Part shown: piece after piece, positions 19,691 through 29,001 of the stretch
How positions within the stretch are numbered: position 1 is the first letter of the stretch
How the letters are laid out: every line of letters starts with the position of its first letter
From: Chloroflexota bacterium
GTDB taxonomy: Bacteria > Chloroflexota > UBA11872 > VXOZ01
Assembly: GCA_963662335.2 (NCBI GenBank)
Contig: CAXXVD010000005.1
Coordinates: 64,001 to 128,000 of the forward strand
DNA: 64,000 nt
Direction of reading: 5' to 3'
Position numbers and translations under genes: made by a program
Notes under the pieces: generated by a model
What the model saw: the letters and a program-made list of their open reading frames with translations, nothing else
What the model was told of the DNA's origin: nothing
Databases searched by the model: none

Positions 19691-21022
19691 ATGACGAGGC
19701 GCGCGTGGCTCAGTTCCGTTCTGGTCGGGGCTCAGGTCTTGCTGCTAAGCTGCGGCGGCGATGATGAGGCCGAGCCTTCTGCGCCGGCTGAGCCTGGTTC
19801 CCGCCTGGGAACCGGCGCAGACGCGGCCAAGGAGCCCCAGCCGCTCACGCTGGCGGTTCTCGATCATCCCCTCACCGTCACGCCCGGCCAGCAGGCCATC
19901 GATGAGTGGGAGCAAGGCAATGTCCCCGGCGCACCTGCGGAAACGCCCTTGCGGCTTCTCAAAGCGCCAATGGAGGGCGGCGCGCGGGATTACCTGGCGT
20001 CTCAAGCCGCGAGCGGAATTGCCGCGGACGTGATCTGGCTGCCGCATTGGGTGGATGTCCCCGATCTCTTCAAGAGCGGGCTGCTGGCGCCGCTTGACCG
20101 CTGGTTGCAGTTCGATGAATCTAATCCCCTGGAGGCCTTCGCCGCTGAGGCCCGCCGCCTGGTGCGGTTTCGCGGGCAGTCCCTCGCGCTGCCGCTGGCA
20201 ATCGCGCCGGTTGTCCTCGCCCACAACGCGGTCCGCTTCGAGCGCGCCAACGTGGCGCCGCCCAGCCACGAGTGGACGTGGGCGGACTTCATCGAGGCCG
20301 GCAAACGCCTGACGGAGGATACCAACGGCGACGGCGCACCGGACCGCTGGGGCTTCATGGCGCCGGGGCAGTTTCCGGAGTGGCTGGCTCTCTTGCAGCA
20401 AGAAGGCGGCATGGCGGCGGACCTCGATACCAGCACGATCGGCATGGGTGAGCCGGCCGGCCTGCGCGCCCTCACCGCGTGGGATGAACTAGGAAGCGTG
20501 CACGGCATCCTGCCCTATGGGCCCGGCGTTACGGTGCAGAGGCTTCAAGGCTACAGCTACCATACGCAAAGAGGAATGCACTTCTCGCTGTTCTTCCACC
20601 AATTGCCTCAGAACTGGCGCGCCGTAACGCCGCTGCCCGCCGGAGCCCGGCGCGCGACACCCCTGGCGCTGACGGAAGCGCTGGCTATGCCGGAGGCCGC
20701 GGCCGGGGAGCGCGCCTACGCCGCGCTCGTGCCCTTGGCGCGCTGGATTGGCGAGCGCCGCGTCCTGCCCGCCACAACCGCCGGCTGGCAATTCATCAAG
20801 CGCCCGGACCGGGCACACTTCAACCTGGTCTTCTCTGAGAGTGTGCAGGACACGCTGGTACAGGCGCTGGCCGACGCCAAGGCCTCCCACGTGGCCAGCA
20901 GCCCCGGTCTCTCCCAGGCGCTCTTCAATATCGTCACGTTTCGCCTGGCGCGGGCCGAGGTGAGCATCGAGCAAGCAATCGAGCAGGCGACGAACTGGCT
21001 TGAAAGCTACGTCAACGACTAA
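19691..21022 (+). CDS. Extracellular solute-binding lipoprotein (family 1-like), Tat signal
   Basis: MTRRAWL twin-arginine motif, LLSC lipobox, WTWADFIEAGKRLT.DTNGDG..WGF. Confidence 0.8.
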   Translation: MTRRAWLSSVLVGAQVLLLSCGGDDEAEPSAPAEPGSRLGTGADAAKEPQPLTLAVLDHPLTVTPGQQAIDEWEQGNVPGAPAETPLRLLKAPMEGGARDYLASQAASGIAADVIWLPHWVDVPDLFKSGLLAPLDRWLQFDESNPLEAFAAEARRLVRFRGQSLALPLAIAPVVLAHNAVRFERANVAPPSHEWTWADFIEAGKRLTEDTNGDGAPDRWGFMAPGQFPEWLALLQQEGGMAADLDTSTIGMGEPAGLRALTAWDELGSVHGILPYGPGVTVQRLQGYSYHTQRGMHFSLFFHQLPQNWRAVTPLPAGARRATPLALTEALAMPEAAAGERAYAALVPLARWIGERRVLPATTAGWQFIKRPDRAHFNLVFSESVQDTLVQALADAKASHVASSPGLSQALFNIVTFRLARAEVSIEQAIEQATNWLESYVND

Positions 21023-21061
21023 ACCTAGGCACATGCCGCCAGGCATCACTTGACATAAGAC

Positions 21062-21085
21062 AGCCTGCCGCGTGTGCGGCAGGCT
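21062..21085. terminator. Hairpin between convergent genes
   Basis: AGCCTGCCGC-GTGT-GCGGCAGGCT, 10-bp stem. Confidence 0.55.
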
Positions 21086-21111
21086 CTATTGCGATTTCGC
21101 GGGTAATCACC

Positions 21112-21320
21112 ATGGCCGTCTGCCGGCCACACAAGGGAATGAAAACGTGGGACGGCCCCCGACCGTCATTCCCGCGCACGCGGGAATCCATCTTTGTCGC
21201 GCACGCGCCTCACCCCGTTCGTGCTGAGCTTGTCGAAGCATGAACGGAGTGAGGTGCGTACGGAGTGGCCAAACGCGCAATCCGCCGTTCACCCTTCGAC
21301 GCTGCTCAGGGCGAACGGCT
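21112..21320. repeat. Repeat cluster (family F motif, GTCATTCCCGCG REP and two family D hairpins)
   Basis: ATGGCCGTCTGCCGGCCACACAAGGGAATGA, GTCATTCCCGCGCACGCGGGAATCCA, CCGTTCGTGCTGAGCTTGTCGAAGCATGAACGG and an inverted family D copy. Confidence 0.8.
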
Positions 21321-21367
21321 CAGTTGCGGCTGCTTTCAGAGCAATAGGACCGGATAGTGCGCCGCGC

Positions 21368-21655
21368 CTAGTCCGCGCGGCCGGGCACGAAACCCTCAGT
21401 GCCGAGGAGCTTTTGAGCCTCTTCCAACGTCTCATCCGGCGGCGGGAGAATGACGTCCGACGGCACGATCTCGTCATCCGGCAGTGGGGCGCCTCTTTGA
21501 TTCACCAGGTCGTGCATCTGTTGGAGCAACTGTTGAAACGCCTCGTTGTCGGAGCCGGCTACCGCCTGCTCAATCGCGTCATCGAATTCCTGTAGTTCCG
21601 AAATGATGTCATCGTCAAGGCGGAACTGACCCAACGTTGCGATGCGGACGATCAT
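21368..21655 (-). CDS. pspAA: PspA-associated protein PspAA
   Basis: MIVRIATLGQFRL..SDVILPPPD.TLEE; 4-bp overlap with the pspA stop. Confidence 0.85.
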   Translation of the reverse strand: MIVRIATLGQFRLDDDIISELQEFDDAIEQAVAGSDNEAFQQLLQQMHDLVNQRGAPLPDDEIVPSDVILPPPDETLEEAQKLLGTEGFVPGRAD

Positions 21656-22383
21656 GCGCGGTCCTCCAGTTGCTTCGTATCCTTGCCTGCGATTTGCCGT
21701 TTCAGCATTGCCAACTCATCGTCCACGCCGCTTTCTGCGCTGAGCTTGTTCAGTTCCCGGTCCACGAAGTCGGAACGCGAACCGGTGGAGTCCTCGAGCA
21801 CGCCGGTATCCACCAGTTCATCGATCGCCAGCGCCCGCGCCTGGAGCGACTCCGTGCGCTCCTCGGCCCGCTCGACCAGCAGCGAAACGTCTGCCATTTC
21901 TTCCGAGAGACCCGAAACGGTCTCGCTAATCCGCGTCTGCGCTTCCGCGGCGCTGTACTGGGCCTTGATAACCTCTTTGCGCGTGCGGAAGTTCTCTACC
22001 TTGGCCACCAGCTTCTGCTCGGTCAACGCCAGGCGCTCCTGATCCTGCTCCAAGGCGAATACCTGCTGCCGCAGTCCCTCGGCCTGCGTCACGATAAGTT
22101 GCTTGCGCTGCAACGCGATGCGCGCCAGGTCTTCGCGTCCGGCCTCGATGGCGCGCTGGGCCTGGTCGGTCAGTTTCGCTTCATTGCTCTCCAGCTTGGC
22201 CGCCTGCATTTCCAGGCGCCGCTTGGACGTAACCACCTCGACGATGCCGCGCTTCACTTTGTGCAACTGCTCAAGCTGCCGTTCGTAGGCGTAGTCAAGG
22301 GTTTCGGCCGGGTCTTCGCTCCGGTCCAGCAACGCATTTATCTTGGCGCTGAGCACAACGCCCATCCGCGAAAAGACACCCAT
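21652..22383 (-). CDS. pspA: PspA/IM30 family protein
   Basis: MGVFSRM..LLDRSEDP.ETLD, GREDLARIALQRK, coiled coil. Confidence 0.93.
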   Translation of the reverse strand: MGVFSRMGVVLSAKINALLDRSEDPAETLDYAYERQLEQLHKVKRGIVEVVTSKRRLEMQAAKLESNEAKLTDQAQRAIEAGREDLARIALQRKQLIVTQAEGLRQQVFALEQDQERLALTEQKLVAKVENFRTRKEVIKAQYSAAEAQTRISETVSGLSEEMADVSLLVERAEERTESLQARALAIDELVDTGVLEDSTGSRSDFVDRELNKLSAESGVDDELAMLKRQIAGKDTKQLEDRA

Positions 22384-22444
22384 TCACTTTCCTCCGGTGC
22401 GGTGACCGCCGGGGTCTCCTTCAACCGTACGTGACGTTTCCTCA

Positions 22445-22473
22445 AGTATCGCATAGGAATACCACTTGGTCAA
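22445..22473 (-). promoter_or_regulatory. Putative sigma70 promoter for pspA
   Basis: Minus strand TTGACC-17 nt-GATACT with an upstream TG. Confidence 0.45.
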
Positions 22474-22729
22474 ACGGCCTTGGGTGGCAAAACTGCACTA
22501 GACCATATTATCTATGAGGTTGAGCGCAGCCCTTGAGGTAATGGAATTGCCTTTTACATAATGTGGGTGTACACTCAACAGAGACGGACGCGGGCGAACC
22601 ATCGTGGCTCTCTTTGGGCGCAGATACTCTTGCTACACCTGACGAAGACGTGGAGATTGACGAGTAGAGAACTGCCGTTGGGCTGTCAGCGCGAAAACGT
22701 GGGGTTAGTGAGCAATAGGAGAAAATACC

Positions 22730-24112
22730 GTGACGCGACGCGAATGGCTCAGTCTTGCGGTTTTCAGTAGCGCGGTAGTGCTGGCAAGCTGCGGTGGTGA
22801 TGAAGATGACGAGCAGTCGTCACGGATGGAACCAAGTCCCCGAGCGGGAAACGGTGTCGAGATCACCAAAGAACCCCGGCAGCTTAAGTTGGCGTACTTG
22901 GAACATCCAACCGCAGCTAATCCTCCCAAGCCAAGCATTCTTGCCCGGGAAGTGGTTAAGGGGTGGAACAGCGGTGACATCCCAGGTATGACTGAAGGAA
23001 CAACGCTCGCACTCGTCGATATACCTCACAAGACCGACGAGAACCATCAGTTTCTTGGAGCGCCATCGGTGATTGTGTATCTCAACACGAGTGCGGCCGG
23101 CGGGATTCCCGCAGCGGAGATGGTCTGGATTCCGCCCTATGCGCAAATCATCGAGCTTCTAAGAACTGACCTGTTTGCGCCGCTTGATCGCTGGTTGCAA
23201 ACTGACGCACGTAACCCGCTGGATGCATTCTCGGAAGAAGCCCGCCGCCTCGTACGGCTCAAAGGCCAAACACGCGCCTTGCCCTTGGCGATTGCTCCTG
23301 GTGTCGTAGGCTATGACGCAGGCCGCTTTGAACGCGCCAACGTGGCTGCTCCTGCTTCCAATTGGACCTGGCAAGAATTCATCGAGGCAGCCAAGAGTCT
23401 TACTGTGGATACCAACGACGACGGAAATCCTGAGCAATGGGGGTTTACTGCGACCTGGGACTTCCCCGATTGGCTGCCCTTCCTGCTTCAAGAGGGTGGC
23501 GAGATCGTAGACCTGGACACAGGCAGAATTGGCATGGATGGACCGGCCAGCGTCCGCGCGCTCACCGCGTGGGATGAGTTGGGCAGAGTGCATAGCATCC
23601 ACCCCTATGGGCCCGATATCACGGACATTGAGCTGCTGGGCTTCGAGGATACCCTGAAGAGCGGCATGCGCTTTTCTCAATTCTTGAAGAGTCCGTGGCA
23701 CAACTGGCCCGACTATGCGCTCGTTCCACAGGGAAACCAAAAGACTTTGCCGCTGTCCCTCGAGGAAGTGCTGGCCGTGCCTGCGGACGTAACGGATGAG
23801 AGCGCATATGATGCGCTAGTTCCGCTCGCTCATTGGATTGGAGAGCGGCGGGTCTTGCCCGCTGTTACCGCCGGTTGGCAATACATCGAGCAACCCGATA
23901 CGGACCACTTTGACTTGATACTCCCCAAGTCGATGCAAGAACCGGCGCTAGAAGGCCTGGCCAGAGGGAAAGCCTCTTACGCAGCAAGTAGCCCCGCAAT
24001 TCCGTATCACCTCTTCCAGCAAGTCACGCTACCTTTGGCGCGAGGCGAGGTTGTCGTCGAGCAAGCGATCGATCAGGCGGTCATTTGGCTCCAGAGCTAT
24101 CTCACTGAATGA
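22730..24112 (+). CDS. Extracellular solute-binding lipoprotein, paralog of 19691..21022
   Basis: Twin-arginine motif TRREWL, LASC lipobox; shares APLDRWLQ, EARRLVR, ALPLAIAP and WIGERRVLPA.TAGWQ with the paralog; RBS AGGAG. Confidence 0.8.
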   Translation: MTRREWLSLAVFSSAVVLASCGGDEDDEQSSRMEPSPRAGNGVEITKEPRQLKLAYLEHPTAANPPKPSILAREVVKGWNSGDIPGMTEGTTLALVDIPHKTDENHQFLGAPSVIVYLNTSAAGGIPAAEMVWIPPYAQIIELLRTDLFAPLDRWLQTDARNPLDAFSEEARRLVRLKGQTRALPLAIAPGVVGYDAGRFERANVAAPASNWTWQEFIEAAKSLTVDTNDDGNPEQWGFTATWDFPDWLPFLLQEGGEIVDLDTGRIGMDGPASVRALTAWDELGRVHSIHPYGPDITDIELLGFEDTLKSGMRFSQFLKSPWHNWPDYALVPQGNQKTLPLSLEEVLAVPADVTDESAYDALVPLAHWIGERRVLPAVTAGWQYIEQPDTDHFDLILPKSMQEPALEGLARGKASYAASSPAIPYHLFQQVTLPLARGEVVVEQAIDQAVIWLQSYLTE

Positions 24113-24120
24113 AGATCAGA

Positions 24121-24156
24121 AATAAGTTCCGAGAATGTATCTTCTCGGAACTTATT
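24121..24156. repeat. 15-bp perfect AT-rich inverted repeat
   Basis: AATAAGTTCCGAGAA-TGTATC-TTCTCGGAACTTATT. Confidence 0.7.
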
Positions 24157-24199
24157 AGCGGTCGGACCTCATTTCCACCTGGGCTTTGCACTTCCGCAC

Positions 24200-24380
24200 C
24201 CCGTTCGCCCTGAGCGCCGTCGAAGGGTCAACGGCGGGAATGCAGAGCAGCGGTTGTGGCGCTCGTCCTCCCCGTTCGTACTTCGACAGGCTCAGCACGA
24301 ACGGGGTGGACTGACTTCGTCAAAGACGCAGAACCCATCGGGGTCTATGCGGCAGCACTGGGGACAGGCTCCCGCGCTAC
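24200..24380. repeat. REP cluster (two family D copies, one degenerate family C)
   Basis: CCGTTCGCCCTGAGCGCCGTCGAAGGGTCAACGG, CCGTTCGTACTTCGACAGGCTCAGCACGAACGG, GGGACAGGCTCCCGCGCTAC. Confidence 0.8.
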
Positions 24381-24437
24381 GTTACGCGCCAAGGTTTAGG
24401 CGCTGGATCCCACAGTCAGCGCACGGCCTCTTTCCGC

Positions 24438-25523
24438 TCACAGCGTGTAGGCGTTGTAGCCGTTGACACACGGGTTGCCGTAGCTCACGTGCAGCCGCCC
24501 TTGCAGCGGCTCCATCACGTAGGAGGCCACGGTCTCGATGCTCTCCGCCGTGCCGTCGTTATGTCTACAAATGCTGTGCGGGTGTCCCGCGTGGTCCGAC
24601 ATCATCTCCTTCACGTCGGCGGCGGACACCCGCTTGTTGCGCGCGGCCAGCGCGTCCGCCCGCTCGCAGCGGGGCGCGGAATCCGGCAATTGCTCCCGAA
24701 AGGTATCGAACTCCAGCAGTTCAGGCGAGCGAATGTGGTTCGTATGCGCCAGCGTGCCGTCGGCGGTCTCGATCACGCCTACGCCGTGGGGCGCGGCGAT
24801 CTCGGCGTCCACCAGGCGGTTCTCGCCGTCCACCATCAGGTAGTTGCCGGCAGAAGAGAACGTCGTTTTGCTCATTATGTCAAGAACTTCCGCCAGGTTG
24901 CGGCACTCCAGGATGCGCCGTTTGAGGGGATAGTGGGAGACGCCGACCCGCCACCCCTCGGTGTAGAGTTGGTTCTGCACGAACGCAACGCCGTGCTCAT
25001 TGAAGCCGGGGTAGCCAATGACGCCCGCCCACGTGAACATGATGAACGCCGGCTTGCCGCGCGGCGCCACCCGCAGCACCACGCCCACGTCCTTCATCCA
25101 GTCGGCCACGTCCTGGTTCTGGGCGATGATCGTGCTGCCGCTGTCCGTGCGGCCGGTGAGAAAGCCGAGCGAACTGCACCCGTCGGCGGGTGTTTCCAAC
25201 GCGCCGCTCAACCCAGCGTCGCCTAGAGTTAGCTCGGTGCGCACGTTGAGCAGCACCACCTCCGCAAAGGAGACGTTCGCGCCGGCCGCGATCCCTTCCA
25301 TCTCTTCGATTGCATCGGGTATGAATCCCCGGATCGACGGCACGAACGACTCCGCCCGCGCACGCAGCGTTGCCCGATCCTGGTTCTTATGTTCCCCAAT
25401 CGACTGGTACGAGTGTTCCAGGAAACGCCGGATTTGCTCGCGGCAGGCCTCACCATGTTGGCGGCCAAGCTCACGAGGCGTGCCCGCGACCGCGAAGAAC
25501 GGATAGCGCTCTGTTTGTCCCAT
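24438..25523 (-). CDS. C45-family autoproteolytic Ntn-hydrolase (acyltransferase/peptidase)
   Basis: GTPRELGRQHG, EEMEGIAAG, G/CSS nucleophile, AQNQD, GFNEHG, HTNH. Confidence 0.88.
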   Translation of the reverse strand: MGQTERYPFFAVAGTPRELGRQHGEACREQIRRFLEHSYQSIGEHKNQDRATLRARAESFVPSIRGFIPDAIEEMEGIAAGANVSFAEVVLLNVRTELTLGDAGLSGALETPADGCSSLGFLTGRTDSGSTIIAQNQDVADWMKDVGVVLRVAPRGKPAFIMFTWAGVIGYPGFNEHGVAFVQNQLYTEGWRVGVSHYPLKRRILECRNLAEVLDIMSKTTFSSAGNYLMVDGENRLVDAEIAAPHGVGVIETADGTLAHTNHIRSPELLEFDTFREQLPDSAPRCERADALAARNKRVSAADVKEMMSDHAGHPHSICRHNDGTAESIETVASYVMEPLQGRLHVSYGNPCVNGYNAYTL

Positions 25524-25724
25524 GTGTAGTTTCCTCTATGTTATGTAGATTTCAATCCGCCTCGCGTTAGCGTTTTCCGCAGGCGCTCGTCATCCACATC
25601 GTACGCCGCACGCCGCGCGGCGGCAAGCGTTCGTATTGTCTCTCTGAGACTGTCATACTGTAACGTAGCGTCTTGACCGAGATTGCGTTTGTCATTCGTG
25701 CCGCACGTGCTCCGACACTAGGAA

Positions 25725-25748
25725 GCGGGGGACAAGCCCCCGCGCTAC
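25725..25748 (-). repeat. GTAG-type REP (family C)
   Basis: Reverse complement of GTAGCGCGGGGGCTTGTCCCCCGC. Confidence 0.85.
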
Positions 25749-25845
25749 GTCAATGCGATGGAAATAGGGACGAACGCCGACGCTACAGCCTGGCAGCGAG
25801 AACATAAGCGTACGCTGACACGTTTACATTAAAGGTGACTGAACC

Positions 25846-26859
25846 ATGGATTCCCTCGATATCTTCTTCACGGCCAAAGACACGGTCGCCGTGGAACGCC
25901 AATCCGTCCCGGACCTGAAGTCCGGGGAGATACTGGTGCGGTTGCGGCGCTCCCTCATCAGCACCGGGACCGAGTGCATCTGCCTGCAACGCAATTTCGC
26001 GCCGGGCACGCACTGGGACCAGTGGGTGCAATACCCCTATCGGCCGGGGTATAGCGCGGTGGGAGATGTGGTCGAGGCCGCGCAAGACGTAACCGGGATT
26101 GCCGCTGGCGATCGGGTCGCTATGCCGGTTAAGCACGGACAGTACGCCGTTCTCGACGCCGGACGCGCCGTCAAGATACCGGCGGCGGTCTCGGATGACG
26201 CCGCCGCCTGGTTCTACCTGGCGTGCATCGCGCAGAATGCCGTGCGCCGCGCGGAGCACGCGCTGGGCGACGACGTGGTGGTGATCGGCGCCGGCATCCT
26301 GGGCCAGCTTGTCACGCAGTACGCCCGTCTGCTGGGCGCGCGGCGGGTCATCGTCATCGACCCGGCGCCGGCGCGGCTCGCGCTGGCGGAGTCTCACGGC
26401 GCGACTCACACATTGTCCGTCTCGTCGAACACTGCCGAGGCTGCCGTGGCGAAGATCACTCACGGTAGGCTGGCGGACGTGGTCTACGACATCACCGGCA
26501 ATGCGGCGGTATTGCCCACGGCCCTGCCGCTGGCGCGGCGTTTCGGCAAAGTCATCCTGCTGGGCGACACCGGCGCTCCCTCGGAGCAACGCCTAACGGG
26601 CGACATCATCCGGCGCGGCGTGACCCTCATCGGCGCCCACAGCACCAATCCGCCGCCAATTGCCAGCGACTACGCCCACTGGACCCACGAGCACATGACC
26701 GAACTCTTCTTCACCTATCTGGAACGCGGCGCGATGCGCGTGGAAGACCTCATCACGCACCGTTACGACCCGCGTCAGGCCGCCGCGGCGTACGCCATGC
26801 TGACGCAAGATCGCTCTCAGGCCATGGGCGTGCTCTTCGATTGGACGCGCCTGCCTTAA
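25846..26859 (+). CDS. MDR-family (zinc-binding alcohol dehydrogenase-like) oxidoreductase
   Basis: SLISTGTE, PGYSAVG, GAGILG Rossmann motif, DLITHR. Confidence 0.85.
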   Translation: MDSLDIFFTAKDTVAVERQSVPDLKSGEILVRLRRSLISTGTECICLQRNFAPGTHWDQWVQYPYRPGYSAVGDVVEAAQDVTGIAAGDRVAMPVKHGQYAVLDAGRAVKIPAAVSDDAAAWFYLACIAQNAVRRAEHALGDDVVVIGAGILGQLVTQYARLLGARRVIVIDPAPARLALAESHGATHTLSVSSNTAEAAVAKITHGRLADVVYDITGNAAVLPTALPLARRFGKVILLGDTGAPSEQRLTGDIIRRGVTLIGAHSTNPPPIASDYAHWTHEHMTELFFTYLERGAMRVEDLITHRYDPRQAAAAYAMLTQDRSQAMGVLFDWTRLP

Positions 26860-27236
26860 GGGTTGTAGACCAAGCGGCTCAGACCCAGCCCCAACAGCAC
26901 GAGCGTGATCCCCAGCACGTTGCTGAGCAAGAGATTGAAGAACACGAGACGCAGTTCGCCCGCCCGCAGGAGATTCACGCTCTCTATCCCGAACGTGGAG
27001 AACGTGGTGAACGCGCCCAGCACGCCGACCAAGAAGAACGTGCGCGCGTGGGGCGGCAGTGAGGTCTGCGCGAGCGGTTCCCACAGCAGTCCCACCGCTA
27101 GGCAGCCAAGCAGATTCACGCCCAGGGTGCCCGCCGGGAAAGCGCTTTCCACGTAACGACTGATAAGTCCGGAGAGGAGATAGCGCAGCGTTGCGCCAAA
27201 AGCGCCGCCCAGCGCGACGAAAAACACGCTCGTCAT
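26856..27236 (-). CDS. crcB: Fluoride efflux channel CrcB/Fluc
   Basis: GGAFGATLRY, FPAGTLGVN, GVLGAFTTFSTF. Confidence 0.95.
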   Translation of the reverse strand: MTSVFFVALGGAFGATLRYLLSGLISRYVESAFPAGTLGVNLLGCLAVGLLWEPLAQTSLPPHARTFFLVGVLGAFTTFSTFGIESVNLLRAGELRLVFFNLLLSNVLGITLVLLGLGLSRLVYNP

Positions 27237-27341
27237 GGCTCTTCTTAATGCCTCTTGTGCGCACAGTTCAGAAGCATGATCAGTACGGGCAATCGGGAAT
27301 CGGAAAGTCCGCTAATGTGATAACGGAACGTGCGCGTAGCA

Positions 27342-27427
27342 TGGTGCCGAAGGCGGGATTCGAACCCGCACGGGTGTTACCCCACTGGTTTTTGAGACCA
27401 GCGCGTCTTCCGTTCCGCCACTTCGGC
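27342..27427 (-). tRNA. tRNA-Leu(CAA)
   Basis: GCCGAAGTGGCGGAA..CTGGT-CTCAAAA-ACCAG, long variable arm, GGTTCGAATCC, CCA end. Confidence 0.95.
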
Positions 27428-27439
27428 ATATCTATTTCG

Positions 27440-27469
27440 ATTCTAGGGTATGAAATTCACTGCGGTCAA
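27440..27469 (-). promoter_or_regulatory. Promoter for tRNA-Leu(CAA)
   Basis: Minus strand TTGACC-18 nt-TAGAAT just upstream of the tRNA. Confidence 0.55.
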
Positions 27470-27499
27470 GGCATCTATTTATGTCAATAATCGCGTGCT

Positions 27500-27525
27500 A
27501 GATTCCTCGCTGCGCTCGGAATGAC
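27500..27525 (-). repeat. REP-like family A copy
   Basis: AGATTCCTCGCTGCGCTCGGAATGAC. Confidence 0.85.
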
Positions 27526-27563
27526 ATGAAACCTAGCTCGTGAGGCCAATAGGCCTGAATCGA

Positions 27564-28937
27564 CTACCTCCGGTCTTGAGCAGCGTCGGCGAGGATGTTC
27601 TCAGCCACCTCTTGCCCCAGCCGGATGCTATAGTTGATGCCCCGGTCTTCCGGATAGATGAGCGTTGTGTTGGCCAGGTAGAGCCGGGAAACCGGCGTGC
27701 GCAGGTCCGGTTTCTTGTGCTGGTAGCCCACCTCGATCAACGGCTGGGCAAACGGATCGCCGCCGGACCACATGTTCTTCACCATGTCCGGCGAAAATTG
27801 CGGATACACCTGCCGCAAGTAGGGCAGGTAGTGGGCGAAGAGCGCCGGCGTATCCATGCGCATCAGCGGGTCCCGCGGCGACATGTAGCGGGCCACGTAG
27901 AGCAGGTGGCTGCCGCCGTAGGCAGCCGGCGAGACCAAGTTCGTCTGTTCCACCAAAGCCGTGAACGGCGAGTCTTCCGCGCTAATGTTCAGCCAGTAGT
28001 AGGGTGACATGCGGCGGTCGAGTTCCAGCAGCAAGCAGGAAGCGCCCTTGTACTCGATGCTGCCCAGGCGTTGGCGGTACGCGTCGGGCAAGTCCGGCGC
28101 CAGGCGCAGGAAGATGGGCGTGTGCACGGCGGCCAGCACCAGGTCGAAGTCGCGTCGCTTTCCGCCGGTGACAATACCGCGGGCCTGTCCGTTCTCGACG
28201 ATGATCTGCTCCGCCGGCGTCTCCAGGTGGACGTGCCCGCCCAGTTCCTCGATGCGGCGTCCGAAAGCGTCCACCAACGTGCGAAAAGAGTTATGGAAGT
28301 AACCCAGTTGCTCTTTCGCCATGCCTTTGGAGCGGGAGGCCGCGCGCACGTGGATGCGCGCCCAGAGCCACGCCATGCTCACGCGATGCCAGTCCTCGCC
28401 AAACTTCGCCTTGAGCAAGCCGCCCCAAATGGTGTCGAACACCCGGTCGCCACAGAAACGGCGCATCCAATCCGCGGCGCTCACGTCCTGGAACGGCTGC
28501 CAGCGCGTGCGCCGCTGGAGATAGAGCACCGAGAGGCCGAGCCGCACGCGCTGCACAAGATTGAGCGGCGGGAAGCGCAGCACGTCTACCGGGCCGTTGA
28601 ACGGGAGCAACCGGCCGCCCCAGTAGAAGCCCATCGTGGAGTCCACCCAGGTCAGTTTGTCGGCCACGCCCAGGCGTTCCGCGGCGGCCAGCAGGTGACG
28701 GTCGCTGCCGAAGCAGTGGTGGTAGTAGTACTCGACGAACGTGTCGCCGATCGCGCGCGTGGCTACCTCGCCGCCAAGCTGCGACTGTTTCTCGAAGACG
28801 TGTACCTGCGCGCCGCCCGCAAGCAGCGCCTCGGCGGCGGCCAGGCCGCTGAACCCGCCGCCAACGACGGCAATGCGCAGCGGAGCGTCGGACGCTTTCG
28901 CCGCAGACGCTGCGGCAGTCTGTGTTGACAACTGCAT
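27564..28937 (-). CDS. NAD(P)/FAD-dependent oxidoreductase (amine oxidase/protoporphyrinogen oxidase-like)
   Basis: IAVVGGGFSGLAAA, EYYYHH, YYWLNI, IYPEDRGINYS; start uncertain. Confidence 0.85.
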   Translation of the reverse strand: MQLSTQTAAASAAKASDAPLRIAVVGGGFSGLAAAEALLAGGAQVHVFEKQSQLGGEVATRAIGDTFVEYYYHHCFGSDRHLLAAAERLGVADKLTWVDSTMGFYWGGRLLPFNGPVDVLRFPPLNLVQRVRLGLSVLYLQRRTRWQPFQDVSAADWMRRFCGDRVFDTIWGGLLKAKFGEDWHRVSMAWLWARIHVRAASRSKGMAKEQLGYFHNSFRTLVDAFGRRIEELGGHVHLETPAEQIIVENGQARGIVTGGKRRDFDLVLAAVHTPIFLRLAPDLPDAYRQRLGSIEYKGASCLLLELDRRMSPYYWLNISAEDSPFTALVEQTNLVSPAAYGGSHLLYVARYMSPRDPLMRMDTPALFAHYLPYLRQVYPQFSPDMVKNMWSGGDPFAQPLIEVGYQHKKPDLRTPVSRLYLANTTLIYPEDRGINYSIRLGQEVAENILADAAQDRR

Positions 28938-29001
28938 CGAATTCGACGCTATGGCGGTTTTCAACAACGTCTCCCGTTCCGTGTGCTTCCCTATGAATTG
29001 C

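Noticed and set aside
22485-22497. Sigma54 promoter near pspA (TGGCA..TGCA)
   Set aside because: Wrong -24/-12 spacing and wrong strand for pspA.
27237-27341. Fluoride riboswitch upstream of crcB
   Set aside because: The GGxGATGG..CC / CTGATGAC pattern could not be found; an Rfam scan would settle it.
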